This document shows positions 40,493-54,320 of a stretch of DNA of 64,000 nt, one piece after another. The stretch covers positions 788,027 through 852,026 of the forward strand of contig NW_014577062.1 of the NCBI RefSeq assembly GCF_000485595.1, in the 5' to 3' direction. The translations under genes and the position numbers were made by a program. The notes under the pieces are model-generated. The model worked only from the letters and a program-made list of their open reading frames with translations. It had not been told where the DNA came from and did not search any database. How positions within the stretch are numbered: the first letter of the stretch is position 1; each line of letters starts with the position of its first letter. Source of the stretch: Priapulus caudatus. Lineage: Eukaryota.

Positions 40493-41780
40493 CCTAATCA
40501 GCAGTTAAACAGCAGAGCGAGTGGGGCTCCGGACGACTGCTTGCACGCCGACGACCACGCTAACGTAGTAATTCGTCCTTACACACGTACACGCACACCG
40601 CTGTAGCACCAGCACACCGGCATCCCAGCGGCACCACTACGATCCACAAGATCTGGATCGTAGAAAAGAAAATCTATAGATAAACGAGACACTGTAAATG
40701 GTCTTGCGACGTCGGCCCGCTTCTCGTCGGCGTGGCGCCGACAGCACTGCCAGGCCGCACTGTGTCAAGAGACACGTACAGGAAGTCTACGACAGAGGCG
40801 GTCTGTCGCTATACGTGTATACGTGTATACTATGTGTCTGAACGACGGCGACGCTGACGCACCTCGGACGCTAGGATGACCTCAGATTGGCTTCAAATGA
40901 CCTTGAGAAGCTGCGGCAGGCTTCGACGGAGCCGTAGCAGCTCGCAGCGTCGCTCTGCCGACGTTAGGCTCGCTTCCCGGCTCGCGCGCTGTGCTGAAAT
41001 CCACGGAGACTGAAGATAGCAGACAGGCCGTCCCCCCGGACGGCAACCTTCTGTGGCTTCTTGCGTCGAAAAGACACTTGTCGTCGGCAGCTTGCGGAGA
41101 CGTCGCGTCGTCGTTTTTATCGGCTCACGAGAATGACTACATCGACGAAGGCGACGACGATGTCGACGACAGAAACAGCGATAACGGATCAGTCGTACAT
41201 ATAATAGTCAGTTGCAAGACGCGCGGACAACAAGTACTGGCGCCGCTCGCTTCTCGGCCGTCGCTCTAATATAGGGGGGATGTCGGGGGGGGGGGGAGCA
41301 GACAGCCGCGCCGTGCTGACTCGCGCCGCTGCTCGTGGATGATGCGGGAGGCTGAGCGCGGCTCCGAGGCAGGGATCAGGCGCAGCTTTGGCGGACTGCG
41401 CCGATGGATTACGGCATCCGTTACCGCCAGCCGCTCGCCGGGGCCACTCGACACGCCGACGCGAGAGCGCGCCGAAAAACCTGCGCTAAAGCAACACGTG
41501 TGCGTTTGCGACGAGCAGCTGCGTGCGCGCCGACGACGGAGACGGGTTTCACGCCGCAGAAAGGTACGCCGCGCGTCGCCGCGACTGGCTACTTGACGAT
41601 GCGGGAAAACGCGGCGGCTGACGTATAGTACGACGTGTTGTTTCCGATCGCGCCTGTAACCGACGCCGGCGATCGTAATGCCCACACAAGCAAGCACTCC
41701 GAGACGCAAGCGAGCCTAAGTAGGCCTTAGGAGACGGTTTAGCAGTGGCGTTAGCGGTTTTAACGCGCGAGGAGCAGCGA
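40493..41780 (-). promoter_or_regulatory. CpG-rich block; candidate promoter/5'UTR of the ECE-like gene
   Basis: High GC and CpG content relative to the introns, non-repetitive, immediately upstream of the candidate first coding segment. Confidence 0.4.
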
Positions 41781-42394
41781 AGATGGAGGGAGGGAGGGAG
41801 GGAGGGAGACAGGGTGGGAGGGAGAGAGAGAGAGAGAGAGAGAGTAGGGAGGGAGGGAGGAAGAGAGAGAGGGTGGGAAGGAGAAAGATAGGGAGGGAGG
41901 AAGGGAGGGAGAGACAGGGGAGGGAGGGAGGGAGGAAGGGAGAGAAAGAGGGAGAGAGAGAAAAGGGGGAGAGAGAGAGAGGGTTGGGAAGGCAGAGCGG
42001 GGGGAGAGGTTGGGAAGGAGACGAGAAGCCGAATGGCGACGGAGGAAGGAGGAGGGAAGGGAGAGAGGAACGCGCAGTGCAGAGAGAGGGGTGGGAGGAA
42101 GGAAGGGAGGGAGGGAGGGAGAGAGAGGGGTGGGAGGAAAGGAGGAAGAGAGGGAGGGAGGGATAGAGGGAGAGAGACAGGGGTTGGAGGAAGGAAGGAA
42201 AGGAGGGAGGGAGAGAGGGAAGGCGGGAGGAAGGGACATACCACGGGAGATCGGCGAGGTGTGCCGACGACTAACTATCTATACTGTCAGTCTATATACC
42301 GTAGATCATGTCGGGTTCTGCAATCGTACAGTCCCACCCACCTCGAAAAAGCTCACTGGAAATCTAAAAGTAAGAGAGGCGGAGTCATACGTAT

Positions 42395-42799
42395 CAGGAG
42401 TAGATAATAGGGAAGGAGTGTCATCAATAAACAAGGGAAATTCGTCATTTACTAGCCTTATAATACCTACGATTTACTACGCGTAACTCATGCAACTTGA
42501 GCTCAAATCGTACACAGTACATTCGCCTAGCATCGTGCGAAATCGTTTCCTCGTATACACAAGCAATCCGGAGATACAGACTAAAACGTATCCATTCTTT
42601 GGCCATCACTCCGAGCCGATTGCCCGCCTATATTCAAACAAAAAGCAGCTACTAACGCGCTATTGCTAACTCGGCGGGCAATGTGGCTCGCTGAGAGATT
42701 TGAGCCCGATCTGCTGCTGATTGCTAAGGCTAGTAAATGACGAATTTCCCTTGTTTATTGATGTCACACTCCTTCCCTATTATCTACTCCTGTCTCCTG
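42395..42799. mobile_element. ~405-bp P-superfamily-like MITE (CA...TG ends, 8-bp TSD)
   Basis: About 65-bp TIRs caggagtagataatagggaaggagtg..caataaacaagggaaattcgtcatttactagcctta. TSD atacgtat at 42387-42394 and 42800-42807. Confidence 0.85.
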
Positions 42800-43102
42800 A
42801 TACGTATGTAACCGCGAGATGACCTTATTCTGATTCTACTCGGATGAACTGGACAAGGGCTGTGAAGCCTCAATCCGGCCACATGCCGACACTGTCTCTG
42901 GTTACTCACGCTAAGATGTTTAGTCATATGAAGCGTCGCCTACTGCTACGCTTATAGATGCAGATGGGGCAGACACCTCACTACCATGAGTGTATAATCT
43001 AGTCTATATTATACACTCCTGTCACTACTACAGGGTTGGCTCGTGTGGCATGTGTTGCATGGTTAGCAATTAGCCACAAGCGCGCGCACACACGCACGCA
43101 CA

Positions 43103-43162
<60 letters not shown>

Positions 43163-43238
43163 CGCACACACGCCCACGCACGCATAGAAAAAAAGAGAGC
43201 AAGAGAGAAAGCGAGAAAGACAGACAGAGAGGGGGAAA

Positions 43239-43277
<39 letters not shown>

Positions 43278-43279
43278 CG

Positions 43280-43356
<77 letters not shown>

Positions 43357-45510
43357 GATGGAGGAGAGACTGTAGCTGAGGGCAGTAAGTAAACAAACAT
43401 AATTAACACGGCACGAGGAATCCCTAGGGACGGCGCCCGAGGCCTGTTAGCGGACACTGGCATTAACTACTACCATCTCTATTAGATGCACCATATTGGA
43501 CAGGGGTCGTTTACTCTGGCCGGTCAAGGGGCAGTGTCCTACAGCCAGCACCGTTAAAGGGCAAACGGAGCATGCGCGAGGGTTTCGGCCAGTAATGGCA
43601 GTAGATGCGGTCAGTGGTGGTTCGGGACTTTATTTTCTTTAGCTTGGTGAAATTTATGCTACGTATATACGGATTACGATGGGTGAGAAATAACCTTAAA
43701 CCCACGATTTGTCGACGAGTGTTTGCATATATTCACAATTGCAGCAATTAAGTAGATTGTGTTCCTACCCTTATCGATGACGTGTTCGGTGTTGTCTAGC
43801 TTACACGGCATACTTGCACCGATATTTATGAACTTTTACCGTTCAACGTTACGAATCTACACGGAGCGTAACTAATACAGGATGGAACTGAATGCAATTA
43901 TGCAAAATATGAAACATGACAATCATTTATCATTTTAATCATTCAAAAGGTAAAATCTCTGTGTGCGCCATCGACAAATATACGTGCATACACCCTCTCG
44001 CACACGCGTGCGCACGCACGCACGTACGCACGCACACACGCACACATTAATTCACGCCATTATCCAAGTTAGTGCAAAATCGACCTTGCAATACATCTCG
44101 CAAATATGCTTTAAGACTACTATGATGTATTAGAATGCCAAATCGACGATATGTCAAAGTCGTCAACATTCTTCTAGGCACCGAACACAATCCAAACGGA
44201 AAATAACGTCGAAAGCCCTTATTATATTTTAATACATTCTATTCGAAAAACAACAACAACAGAAAACCATTCCAATTATACAGTTGAAACACAGAACATA
44301 TCCATCAGTCCATACACGCACACGCGCGCACGCACGCAGACACACACGTACACAATCACGCATGCGCACACACAGGCACACATGTGCACGCACTCGTACA
44401 CCTAAGGTAGCATTCTACCCGGTGAGGTAAAGGTGACAAAGGTGACCTAATCACCTAATCACAAAGGTGACCTACATGGGACACCTGCCGCAGGACACAC
44501 TGCTAGACCGTACACTGTGCAAGATGGTTATGGAAACAGCCATGATACATTACGGACGGAAGTCCCTGCTAAGCAGCATGCCCGCAGCACATTAGCCGCT
44601 CCTCTCTGATAACTCGGCTGCACTCGGCTGCCGGACGAGTTGTTATTACACAAGCCGCTGACACGCAACACAACACAGCACAGCACGCACGCATGCACGC
44701 ACGCACGCGCATGCCACGCACGAAACGATACACGCGCGTCGATGCGAGCGAAAGCTTGCCTGGCAACCCATGGCCTTTGCCTTCTCTGCATCCCCCGAGC
44801 GAATACGCCATGTTTGTTTCGTGGCGGCTGACAACGCTTCACTGTTTTTCACACGCGAGCCTTATTAACAGACACTAATCAAGTGCCTTCCGGCATTATT
44901 CCACCGATTGCCGCATCGCCAGTTGTCTGCATCGTGCAGACGCGCACGGATGCCGATCGTAATTGCAGATATAGATATGTAAATGTTGATTGTACGCGAT
45001 TAGTAGCGTTCACCGGTGAACTGTGAATGAACGACAGCGCGTGTGCTGTGCAGTATTGCAGGTTCCTGTACATGTGTCATCGCTAAATCAGACAGTGATA
45101 TCAAGAGCGTATAAAGAAGGATATTCGTAATAATCCTTCTTTAAACGCTCTTGGTGATATATGTGTCTCGTAAGCAGCTGCGTGCAGATAGACTGCAACC
45201 GACGTGAAAACACAATAGCTCAACGAAGAGCGAGTTAATAAGGAATATTACTGATCCTTTATTATATCGCAGTGAATAGAGAAAACCCGCAAGCACATTG
45301 CATTACAGTATAAACTAGACAGAGGGCACTCACGGAGAGTGCATACCTCCGCCAGCATGTAACATGTATGTGTTACGATCTGGCTTCGCCCGCTCGCTGC
45401 TGGCTGCTGCTGACTGACTCGCCGTGTCTGACTGACTCGCCGTCGGCTCGACTCGTACGCGCTTATCGATTTTTCGCGGCCGCGCGAGACTGTGGACACA
45501 ACCAAAACAC

Positions 45511-45541
<31 letters not shown>

Positions 45542-46825
45542 CCACACACGAGACGATTACATTTACCTCCGCCTCCACTCCGTGGACGGGGTAGGTAATT
45601 ACAATGATGTTTGGCTAACTGTATTGCAATCGCAGCGTGATAACATGGCATGCATGTATAAAGATGACAACCTCTTCAATGTTCACCACAGTGGACAGGC
45701 ACATGGTTTCGTACGTACGGCTGCACACAAACTAAATCGGCTTGGAGTAAACGTGGACATACATGTTCTAGATGCCACCGTAATTGCCGAGGTAAAGTAA
45801 TGATTACGAGAACGCTGCTAAAGGCAATGATGTAGTTGATGGGTAACGAGACTATCACGAGGATGATGATAATAACCATCATGACGATGAAAAATGGGTG
45901 GTGATGAGGAAGACGACAGCGATGATGATGATAATGATGATGATGATGATGATAATGATAACAACGCTCAAAACGAAAATAGCGACTATGATAACATTGC
46001 AATAGCAGAATTAAGAAATGCAATGATCACAACGACGAGTATTCACACTAAGTACCTGGCTAACCTCCCGGCCGGCGCTCGCTTCATTCAAATGCCCATC
46101 GTTCGCCCCGTTGACCCTTCCTCCTCGCTGCAGCGAAACCTAAGCACGGGAAGCTAATCCGCTTCTACGACACGTCGCGCGATCATGCAGGTAAAGCAGC
46201 AGCAGCTGCGGCGTAGCAGCAGCGCTCGCAATGTGCTGCAGCGCTCGCATGAAGCCACCCTATAAGTCAGCCGCTACGACGCGCGCCGCGCGAGAGAGTC
46301 CCCGGTGCTCACCGATTCGCCCGGGTCTGCCTGCGTCGCCAGGCACCTGCTGGTACGCACACAGGCGGGGAGAATCTCGGCCGACGAACGCGCGACGGTC
46401 GTGCCTTCCGACGATGCCTTCTCCCGTCAGCACGTGTCGCGAGAGGCGCGGCGATGTGCACGCACGCACGCACGCGCACGCGCGCCGCGCGCAGGCTTCA
46501 GCGTGGCAGCGGCCAGCGCGGCTCTCGGAGTCGGGTTGCCCACGAACGCACGCGGCTGCCATGCCTCCTGATCATCGTCACACGTATCGACTTTCGTCCG
46601 CCATCAAGGTGTAGCAGGGCAGCAGCCGGCGCTCGCGCGTGCTATTGCCGAATCAGGTACGATGGCTGCCGGACAAGCCGAAATCTAATCAGCGGCGGCT
46701 CAATTTCAGGGAGGGAAATTCGCGTCCGTGGCGACAACAAGCCCCGAGAGTAAACAGATTATACATTATATATATGGTCTAGTAGTATATCATATTATCC
46801 TATTATATATATATATATATATATA

Positions 46826-46860
<35 letters not shown>

Positions 46861-47572
46861 CAGGATGAGAGAGATATGTGCTCCTGTCTCTCTGTCTCTT
46901 TCCGCAGTCTTTCTGTCTCCCTCACACCACTCCTCTCTCTCTGCTCACACACTCCCTCTCTCTCTTCACACACCCTTCCTCTGATATCTCTCGATTCACT
47001 CAATTTCTCCTCTCTTTCCTGCTCTTAAACCTACCGCTCTCAACACTCCCTTCTCACCCGCCCCCCCTCTCTCTGACTTCTCTCTGCTCTCATCTCTCTC
47101 TCTCTGCTCTCTCTCTCTCTCTCTCTGGCATGATCGTCACGACGCGAGCCATCACCTAATCAACACTATAAGCGGATGTTCTTGGGCCGTTACAAAATGC
47201 GCCCTCGAGCGAACTGAGCTGCTGGCGCGACGATGTGACGTGCTGCCACGCCGCTGGCTGGAAACGACCGCCGACGACCGACCGTCCGCACACACCTGTA
47301 AATCATGTCATATCTGTAATTGTTTGGTTGTGCGCACACTTCCTCGTGCTATGCCAAACAGCCACTCTCAGTGTGTGTGAATCGATGCGTGTGCGCTGTG
47401 CCGTGTGTGTTGCGTGCGTGCGTTGCTTGTGCGCCGTGCGCGTCGTCGCGTGTCGCGTGTGCCGTTGCGTTGTAGCGCGTGTGCGTTGTGCGTGTGCGTT
47501 GTGGCCTGGAAGGAGCCGTGTGTGTGGGGGCGCGGTGCTATAGGGGTGTCAATTACCGCATGGCAGTGGGCC

Positions 47573-50500
47573 ACTTGCTATTGTAGTACCCCCAAGGTGA
47601 CGCTTGCTATTGTAGCACACCCAAGGTGACCGCTTGCTATTGTATGGCCACACTCAAGGCGACGCTTGCTATTGTAAGCACACCAAGAAGACGCTTGCTA
47701 CTTGATAGCACACCCAAGGGTGACCGCTTGCTATTGGCTAGGCTCACAGCCCAAGGGTGAGAGCGCTTGCCTATTTGTAGCACACCAGAGGTGGAGCGCC
47801 CTTGCTATTGTAGCGACACCCAAGGTGACCGTATTGCTATTCGTGTGCACACCCAAGGCATGGACGCGCTTCGCTTATCCTGTAGCCACACCCAAGATGG
47901 ACCGTTGCTATCTGTAGGCACACCAAGTTTGACCGCTCATTGCGTAGAACACCCAACCGGCTGACGCTTGCCTATTGTGTAGCCACACCCAAGGTGACCG
48001 CTTTGCTATTGTCGCACGCCAAGGTGATCCCGGCCTTGCTATTGTGCCACACCAAGCTGAGGCGGCTTAGCTATGTGCCTAGCTACACCCAGGTGATCGC
48101 TCTACGTATCTGTAGCCACACCAAGGCCGACCCGCTTGCTGATCTGTAACACACCCAAAGGTGACCGCTTGCTGGGGATATCTGTAGCACACCCAGGTGG
48201 ACCGCCTTGCTATTGTAATTACACACCCAAGATGACCGCTATGCTGATTGCTAAGCAGCACCCCAAGGTGACCGCCTTGCCTATTGTAGTACACGCAAGT
48301 GTTGATCGCTTGCTATTGCTAGCACACCCAAGGTGGCACTCTCTTGCTTATTGGTAGCACACCCAAGGTGCACCGCTTGCTATCTGGGTACTGTCACAGT
48401 TCAGGTGAGCCGCTTTGCGCTATTGTTACACCCCCAACGGTGATCGTCCGCTTGCTACTGTCGTAGCACACCCAAGTCTGTAGCCGCTTGCTATTGTAGT
48501 CCACACCCAAGGTGACCGCTGTTGCTACTTTTAACACACGCCAAAGAGTGACCGCTGGCGCTATGTGTCAGCTGCACCACCAAGTGTGACCGCTCGTGCT
48601 ATCTGTGCGCACACCCAAGGTGACCGCTTGCTTTTGTAGTACAGCCAAGGCTGCACCGACTTGCCTATTGATTAGTACACCCAACGGTCGACCGCTTGCT
48701 GATTGCTAGCACACCAAGCGTGACGCTTGCTTGCCTATCACAGTCAAGGTGACGCGCTTTGTATTGTAAGCACACCCAAGGTGGGCCGCTGCCTATTGTA
48801 ACACCACCCCAAGGCTGACGCTTGCTATTGGTACGCACACCCCACGGCCTGACCCGCTGTGCTATTGTATCACCACCAAGCGTGACCAGCTTGCTCATTG
48901 TAATCGTTATCACACCCAAGGTGACCGGCTTGTCATTTGTATTCCAAACACCCAAGGTGACTTGCCTTGAATTTGCTATGTATCACAACCCAAGGTGACT
49001 GCTTGCTATTGTATCACCACCCAAGGTGACCGCTTTCGCGTGCTCATTGTATCAACCCAAGCGGTGACTGCTTCGCTATTTTGTATCACACCCAAGGTGA
49101 CGCCCTTGCCTATTGCCTTATCAGCACCAAGGTGACCGTTGCTATTGTATCACACCCAAGGTGATCTGCTTGCTATTGTATCCACACCAAGGTGAGACTA
49201 GCTTGCTATGTATCACACCAACGGTGAACCGGCTTGCTATTCTGTAGTCACACCCAAAGGTGACCGCGTGGGCTATGTAGTAACCGCCCAAGGAGTGATC
49301 CTGCCTTGCTATTTTATCACACCCAAGGTTGAGCGCTTCCTTTAGTATCACACCCCAAGAGGACGCTCGCATGCTAGTACACCCAAGCGTGACCGCTTGC
49401 TTATTGTAGCCACACCCAAGCCGTGACGCTTCTGCTATTGTAGCACACCAAGCGTTGTGAAGCCGCCTTGCTATCTGCTACACACCAAGCTGACGCTTGC
49501 CTCATTGTAGCACACCCAAGTGTGACCGCTGCTATTGTGGCACACCCAAGGTGACGCTTGCTATTGCTAGCACACCAAAAGCGCTGACCGCTTGCTAATT
49601 GTGGGCACCACCCAATAGTGGAGCCGCTTTTATATGTGGGCATCACCCAGGTGACGCTTCGCTATTGTAGATACACGCAACGTGACCGCTTGCTGAGTTG
49701 TAGCACACCCAAGGTTGACCGCTGTCTATTGTAGGCGACACCATAGGTGACCGCTTGTAATCTGTATCAAACAGTCAGAGGTGACCCGCTTTCTATGTTA
49801 CACCCCCAAGGCCTTACCGCTTGTGCTATTGTAGCACCACGCCAAGGCTGACCGCTTGCCTACTTGTAGGCACACCTTCAAGGCTGGACGCTTGCTATTG
49901 TAACACCACCAAGGTGCCCTTCGCTCATTTGTAGGCACCTCCACCAGGTACCGCTTGCTATTGTGCGCACACCCAACGGGCTGACCGCTATGCTATTGTA
50001 GTAGCACCCAAGGTAGACCGCTTGCCTATTGTAGCACACTCCCAAGGTTTGACCGCTCTGCTATTGTATCACATCAAGGTGACCGCGTCGCTTGCTATGT
50101 GTACGCACACTCCAAGGTTGACCGCTAGCTATTGTAACCACAGCCGGGGCAACCGTGCCACCCCGCTTGCATATCTGCTCAGCACACCACGGTGACCGCC
50201 GCTTGCCTCATTGTATCAACACCAAGGCTGACCTACGCTTGCTCTATGTAATGCTATTCACCACCCAGGTGAGACCGCTTGCGTATTTGTATTCACACCC
50301 AAGGTGACTGCCTTGCCTATTGTATCACACCCAAGGTTTGATACTGCTTGCTATGTATCACACCCAAGGCTGGACCCGCTTGCTATTGTATCACACCCAA
50401 GGTGACTGCTTCGCGCTATTGTATCACAGCCAAGAGTGCGAGCTGCCTTGCTATTGTATCCACACCCAAGGTGACCACCAACCGTTGCTATGTGGTATCA

Positions 50501-53500
50501 CACCCAAGCGTTGACCGCTTGCCTATCTGTCATCGACACAAGGTTGACTCTGCTTGCTACTTGTATCACACCCCAAGGCTGACTGGCTTGCTACTTGTAT
50601 ACACGCCACGAGGTGACCGCTCTGTCTATTGTATCCACACCCAAGTCGCTGAGACCGCTTGCGTATTGTAAGTACACCCAAGGTGAGGGCCGCTTGCTCA
50701 TATGTTACTCAACCAGAGGTGAACGCCTTGCTATTGTCATCCACACCAAGTGATCCGCTTTGCTGATTGTAGTACCAGCGCCCAGCGTGACCCGACTTGC
50801 TATTGTAGCACACCCAATGGTGACCGCTTGTATTGTAGCACACCCAAGTGTGACCGCCTTGCTATTGTAGGCACACCGCAAGCGGATGCCGTCTTGCTAT
50901 CTGTAAGCACACCAAGGATGACCCGCTTGCTAGTCTAGCCAACGTGGATCCCGCCTCTGCTCATTCGTGAACACACCCAACGGTGACCGCTTCAGCTCAT
51001 TGCTTAGTTGACACCCCAAGGATGACATCCGCTTCCCTATTGTTAGCACACCCAAGGGTGACGCTTCTGTATTGTACACACACCTCCAAGTGACTTGACG
51101 GGCCTTCGCTGATTGTAGCACACCCCAAGGTTGACCGCTTGCTCACTTGTGAGCCCACACCAACGGTGACGCCTTGCTATTGTCAGTACACCAAGCGTGA
51201 CCGCCTTCGCTATTGTTAGCCACACCGACAGCGTGACCAGCTTGCTATTGTAGGCTCACACCAAGTGGACTGCTTGGCGTATTGGCACGACCAGAGGGAC
51301 CGCTTTGCTATGTGAGTCACAGTCAAGGTGAGCGCGGGTGGTATTGCGGTGCAACACGGCCCGCAAGGTGGAGCCGCTTGGCGGGAGTTGTGTAAGCAGC
51401 ACCCAGGGGTGTGAGCGCCTTCTGGCTGTTTGCTAACGACACCCATGGTGACCGTTGCTATGTAGCACAACCCAAGGTGCAGGCCGCTTGCTATCTTGCT
51501 AGCACACCCCATAGGTGACGCTTGCCTATCTTGTAACACACCAAAGTGTGACGCCCTTGCTATTGTTAGGCACACCCCAAGGTGACCGCTTGCTATTGTT
51601 GGCACACGCCCAAAGGTGGGACGCCGCGTGGGTTTGTAGTACGCGACCAAGGTGACTGGCTTGCTATTGTGATCACACCGAAGCGTGACCCGCGTTGCTG
51701 ATTGTATCACACCGAAGCGTGACCGCGCGTTGGGCTATGGTATCACCTCAAGGGTGAGGCTGCTTGCTATATGTATTCACACCGAGGGGTGAGGGGCTGC
51801 GGTATTGCCCTAGTTGTAATCGACACCAAGTCGGGGTGACCGCTGTGCGTGATGTGTGAGTACACCCGAAGGGTGAGGGGCGGGCGGTGATGTGGTGAGG
51901 TGGACACCGCGAAGGTGAGGCCGTGGCGTTGGCCTAGTTTTGAGTCGGCACACCCATGTAGCCGCTGTGGCGTGAGTGTGGGTATCACACGCCAAGTGAG
52001 CGCTTCGCTATTGTGAGGTACGCGAGCAGAGAGTGAGGCCGGTCTTTGGGTTTGTGAGCACGGACCGCGAAGTGACGCGCGTGTGTGATGTAGGCACACC
52101 GCAAGCTACGCGTCGTGCTGATTGTAGGCACACCAAGGGTGACGCCCATCCTAGTTGTGGCACACGGCGCGAAGGGTCTGAGCCGGCCCTTGCCTATTGT
52201 AGTCGCACACCCAAGGTGAGGGGGCGGCGCTTGTATTGTGGCGAGCACCGCAAGGTGACCGCTTGGCTATGTAGAGCACCAGGAGGTGACCGCTTGCTAT
52301 ATGTAGCAACCGAGCCGCCAAGGGCTGAGGCCGGTGCTATTGGTAGCACACCCAATGAGGGCCGCGCTGCGATTGTGCACAGCCAACGCGTGACCGCTTG
52401 CTAGGGGTGTAGCACACGCAAGGTGAGCGCTTGCTATCTGTGGCACCACAAGGATGACGCTTGCGTATTGTATTCACAGCGTCAATCGCGCTGGAGCGCG
52501 TTGCCCTATCCTGTATAACACCCGCCCAAGGTGACCGCTTCGCCGATCTGTAAGCACACCAAGGTGACCGCTTGCTATTGACTAAACACACCCACTGGCT
52601 GACCGCTTCCTATTGCTAGCACCACCCTCAAGTGTGGACCCGCTTTGCTATTGCTGGCACACCCAACGCGTGACCGCTTTGCCTATCTGTAGTATCACCC
52701 AAGTGTGACCGCTCTGCTATTTGTAGCACACCCAAGGTACCGCTTGCCTATATGTGGCACACCCAAGTGACCCCGCGCGCTTTGCTATCTGTCATCACAG
52801 TCACAGGTGGACGCCCTTGCTATTGTAGCGCCAACACCAAGCGTGACCGCCGCTATTGTAGCACACCCCAAGGCCTGAGCCGCTTCGCTAGTCCCTAACA
52901 CACCCAGGTGCACCGCCGTTTGCTATCTGTAGGGCCACCACAAGGTGACCGCCGCTTTGCTATTTGTATCACACCAGCAGGTGACCGCTTGGCTATTGTA
53001 AGTATTCCGACACCCAAGGTGACGCTCGCTTATTGCTATCACAGCCATAAGGTGACTGCTTGCTATTGTATTCACACCATAGGTGACTGGCCTTGCTAGT
53101 TGTATCCACACCGATAAGGTGACTGCTTGCTACTTGTCACTCACACCCAACGGGTGACTCGCTTGCCTTATGTATCACACCCTAAGCGTGTACTTGCTCC
53201 TTTGCTACTTGTATCACACCTAACGGTGACTGCTTGACCTACTCCTGTATCGGACACCAGCGTGACCGCTTGCTATGACCGCCTCGGTATCCACACAACC
53301 GGTGACCGCGGGCTGCTATTGTAACCACACCATGCGGTGACCCCGCATTTGCCTGATTCGTAGCACACCCGAAAGCGTGACCGCTTGCTATTGTGGCACA
53401 CCCAAGTGACCGCTTGCTAGTTGTAGTTACACCCAAGGGTGAACCGCTTGCTATTGTAGCACACCCAAGGTACACTCCGCCTTGCTATTGTTGCGCCACC

Positions 53501-54320
53501 CAAGGTGACCCGCTTGCGTCATTGTACTCACAGTCAAGGTGACACGCTTGCTATCTGTCAGCCACACCCAACGCGGACCCGCTTGCTATGTAACACACCC
53601 AAGGTGAACCGTTGCTATTCGTCACCCCACCAGGTGACCCGCTTGCTACCTTTGTATTTCTACACCCGAAGCGTGACCGCTTGCCTATCTGCTTAATGTA
53701 TCACACCCCCAGCGTGACCGCTTGCTATTGTAGTCACACCCAAGGGTGAACTGCCTTTGCTACCTGGATAGTCACACCCATAGGTGACTGCTGTGCTATT
53801 TGGCTATCACACCCAAGGTGACCTGATTGCTCTCTGTATCACACCCGACCAGGTGACGCTTGCTATTGTATCACACAAGGTTCACTGCTTTTGCTATTGT
53901 ATCACACCAATGGTGTATCGCTTGCTATTGTTAGCTACAACCAAGAGTGACCGTATGCTATTGTATTCACACCCAAGGTGACCGCTTGCTATTGTATCAA
54001 CGCCCGCCAAGTCCGTGACGCCGCTTGCTGATTGTACTCACACCCAAGTGACTGCAGCCTTGCTATTTCGCCCCATTCACACCCAGCTGGTGAGCTGCTT
54101 GCTATCTGTTATCACACCAGGGTGATCCGCTGTGGCTATTGTATTCACACCCAAGGTGACCGCTTGTGATCTGTATCACACCAAGTGAGTCTGCTTGCTA
54201 TTGTATCACACCCAAGGTGACCGCTTGCTATTGTATCACACCCAAGGTGACTGCTTGCTATTGTATCACAACCAAGGTGACTGCTTGCTATTGTATCACA
54301 CCCAAGGTGACTGCTCGCTA
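47573..54320. repeat. Satellite with 30-bp unit ccaaggtgac(c/t)gcttgctattgta(g/t)cacac, roughly 200+ copies
   Basis: Clean units at 54190-54310 and 58636-58930. The rest is the same unit with dense random indels. Confidence 0.95.

Noticed and set aside
40991..41269. Plus-strand 92-aa ORF with an acidic stretch (ENDYIDEGDDDVDD)
   Set aside because: No ATG start, no recognisable homology or splice signals, and it lies in a GC-rich block where ORFs of this size arise by chance.
47573..54320. CRISPR-like array of ~30-bp repeats
   Set aside because: Units are head-to-tail with no unique spacers, the variation is indel noise, there are no cas genes, and the context is eukaryotic.
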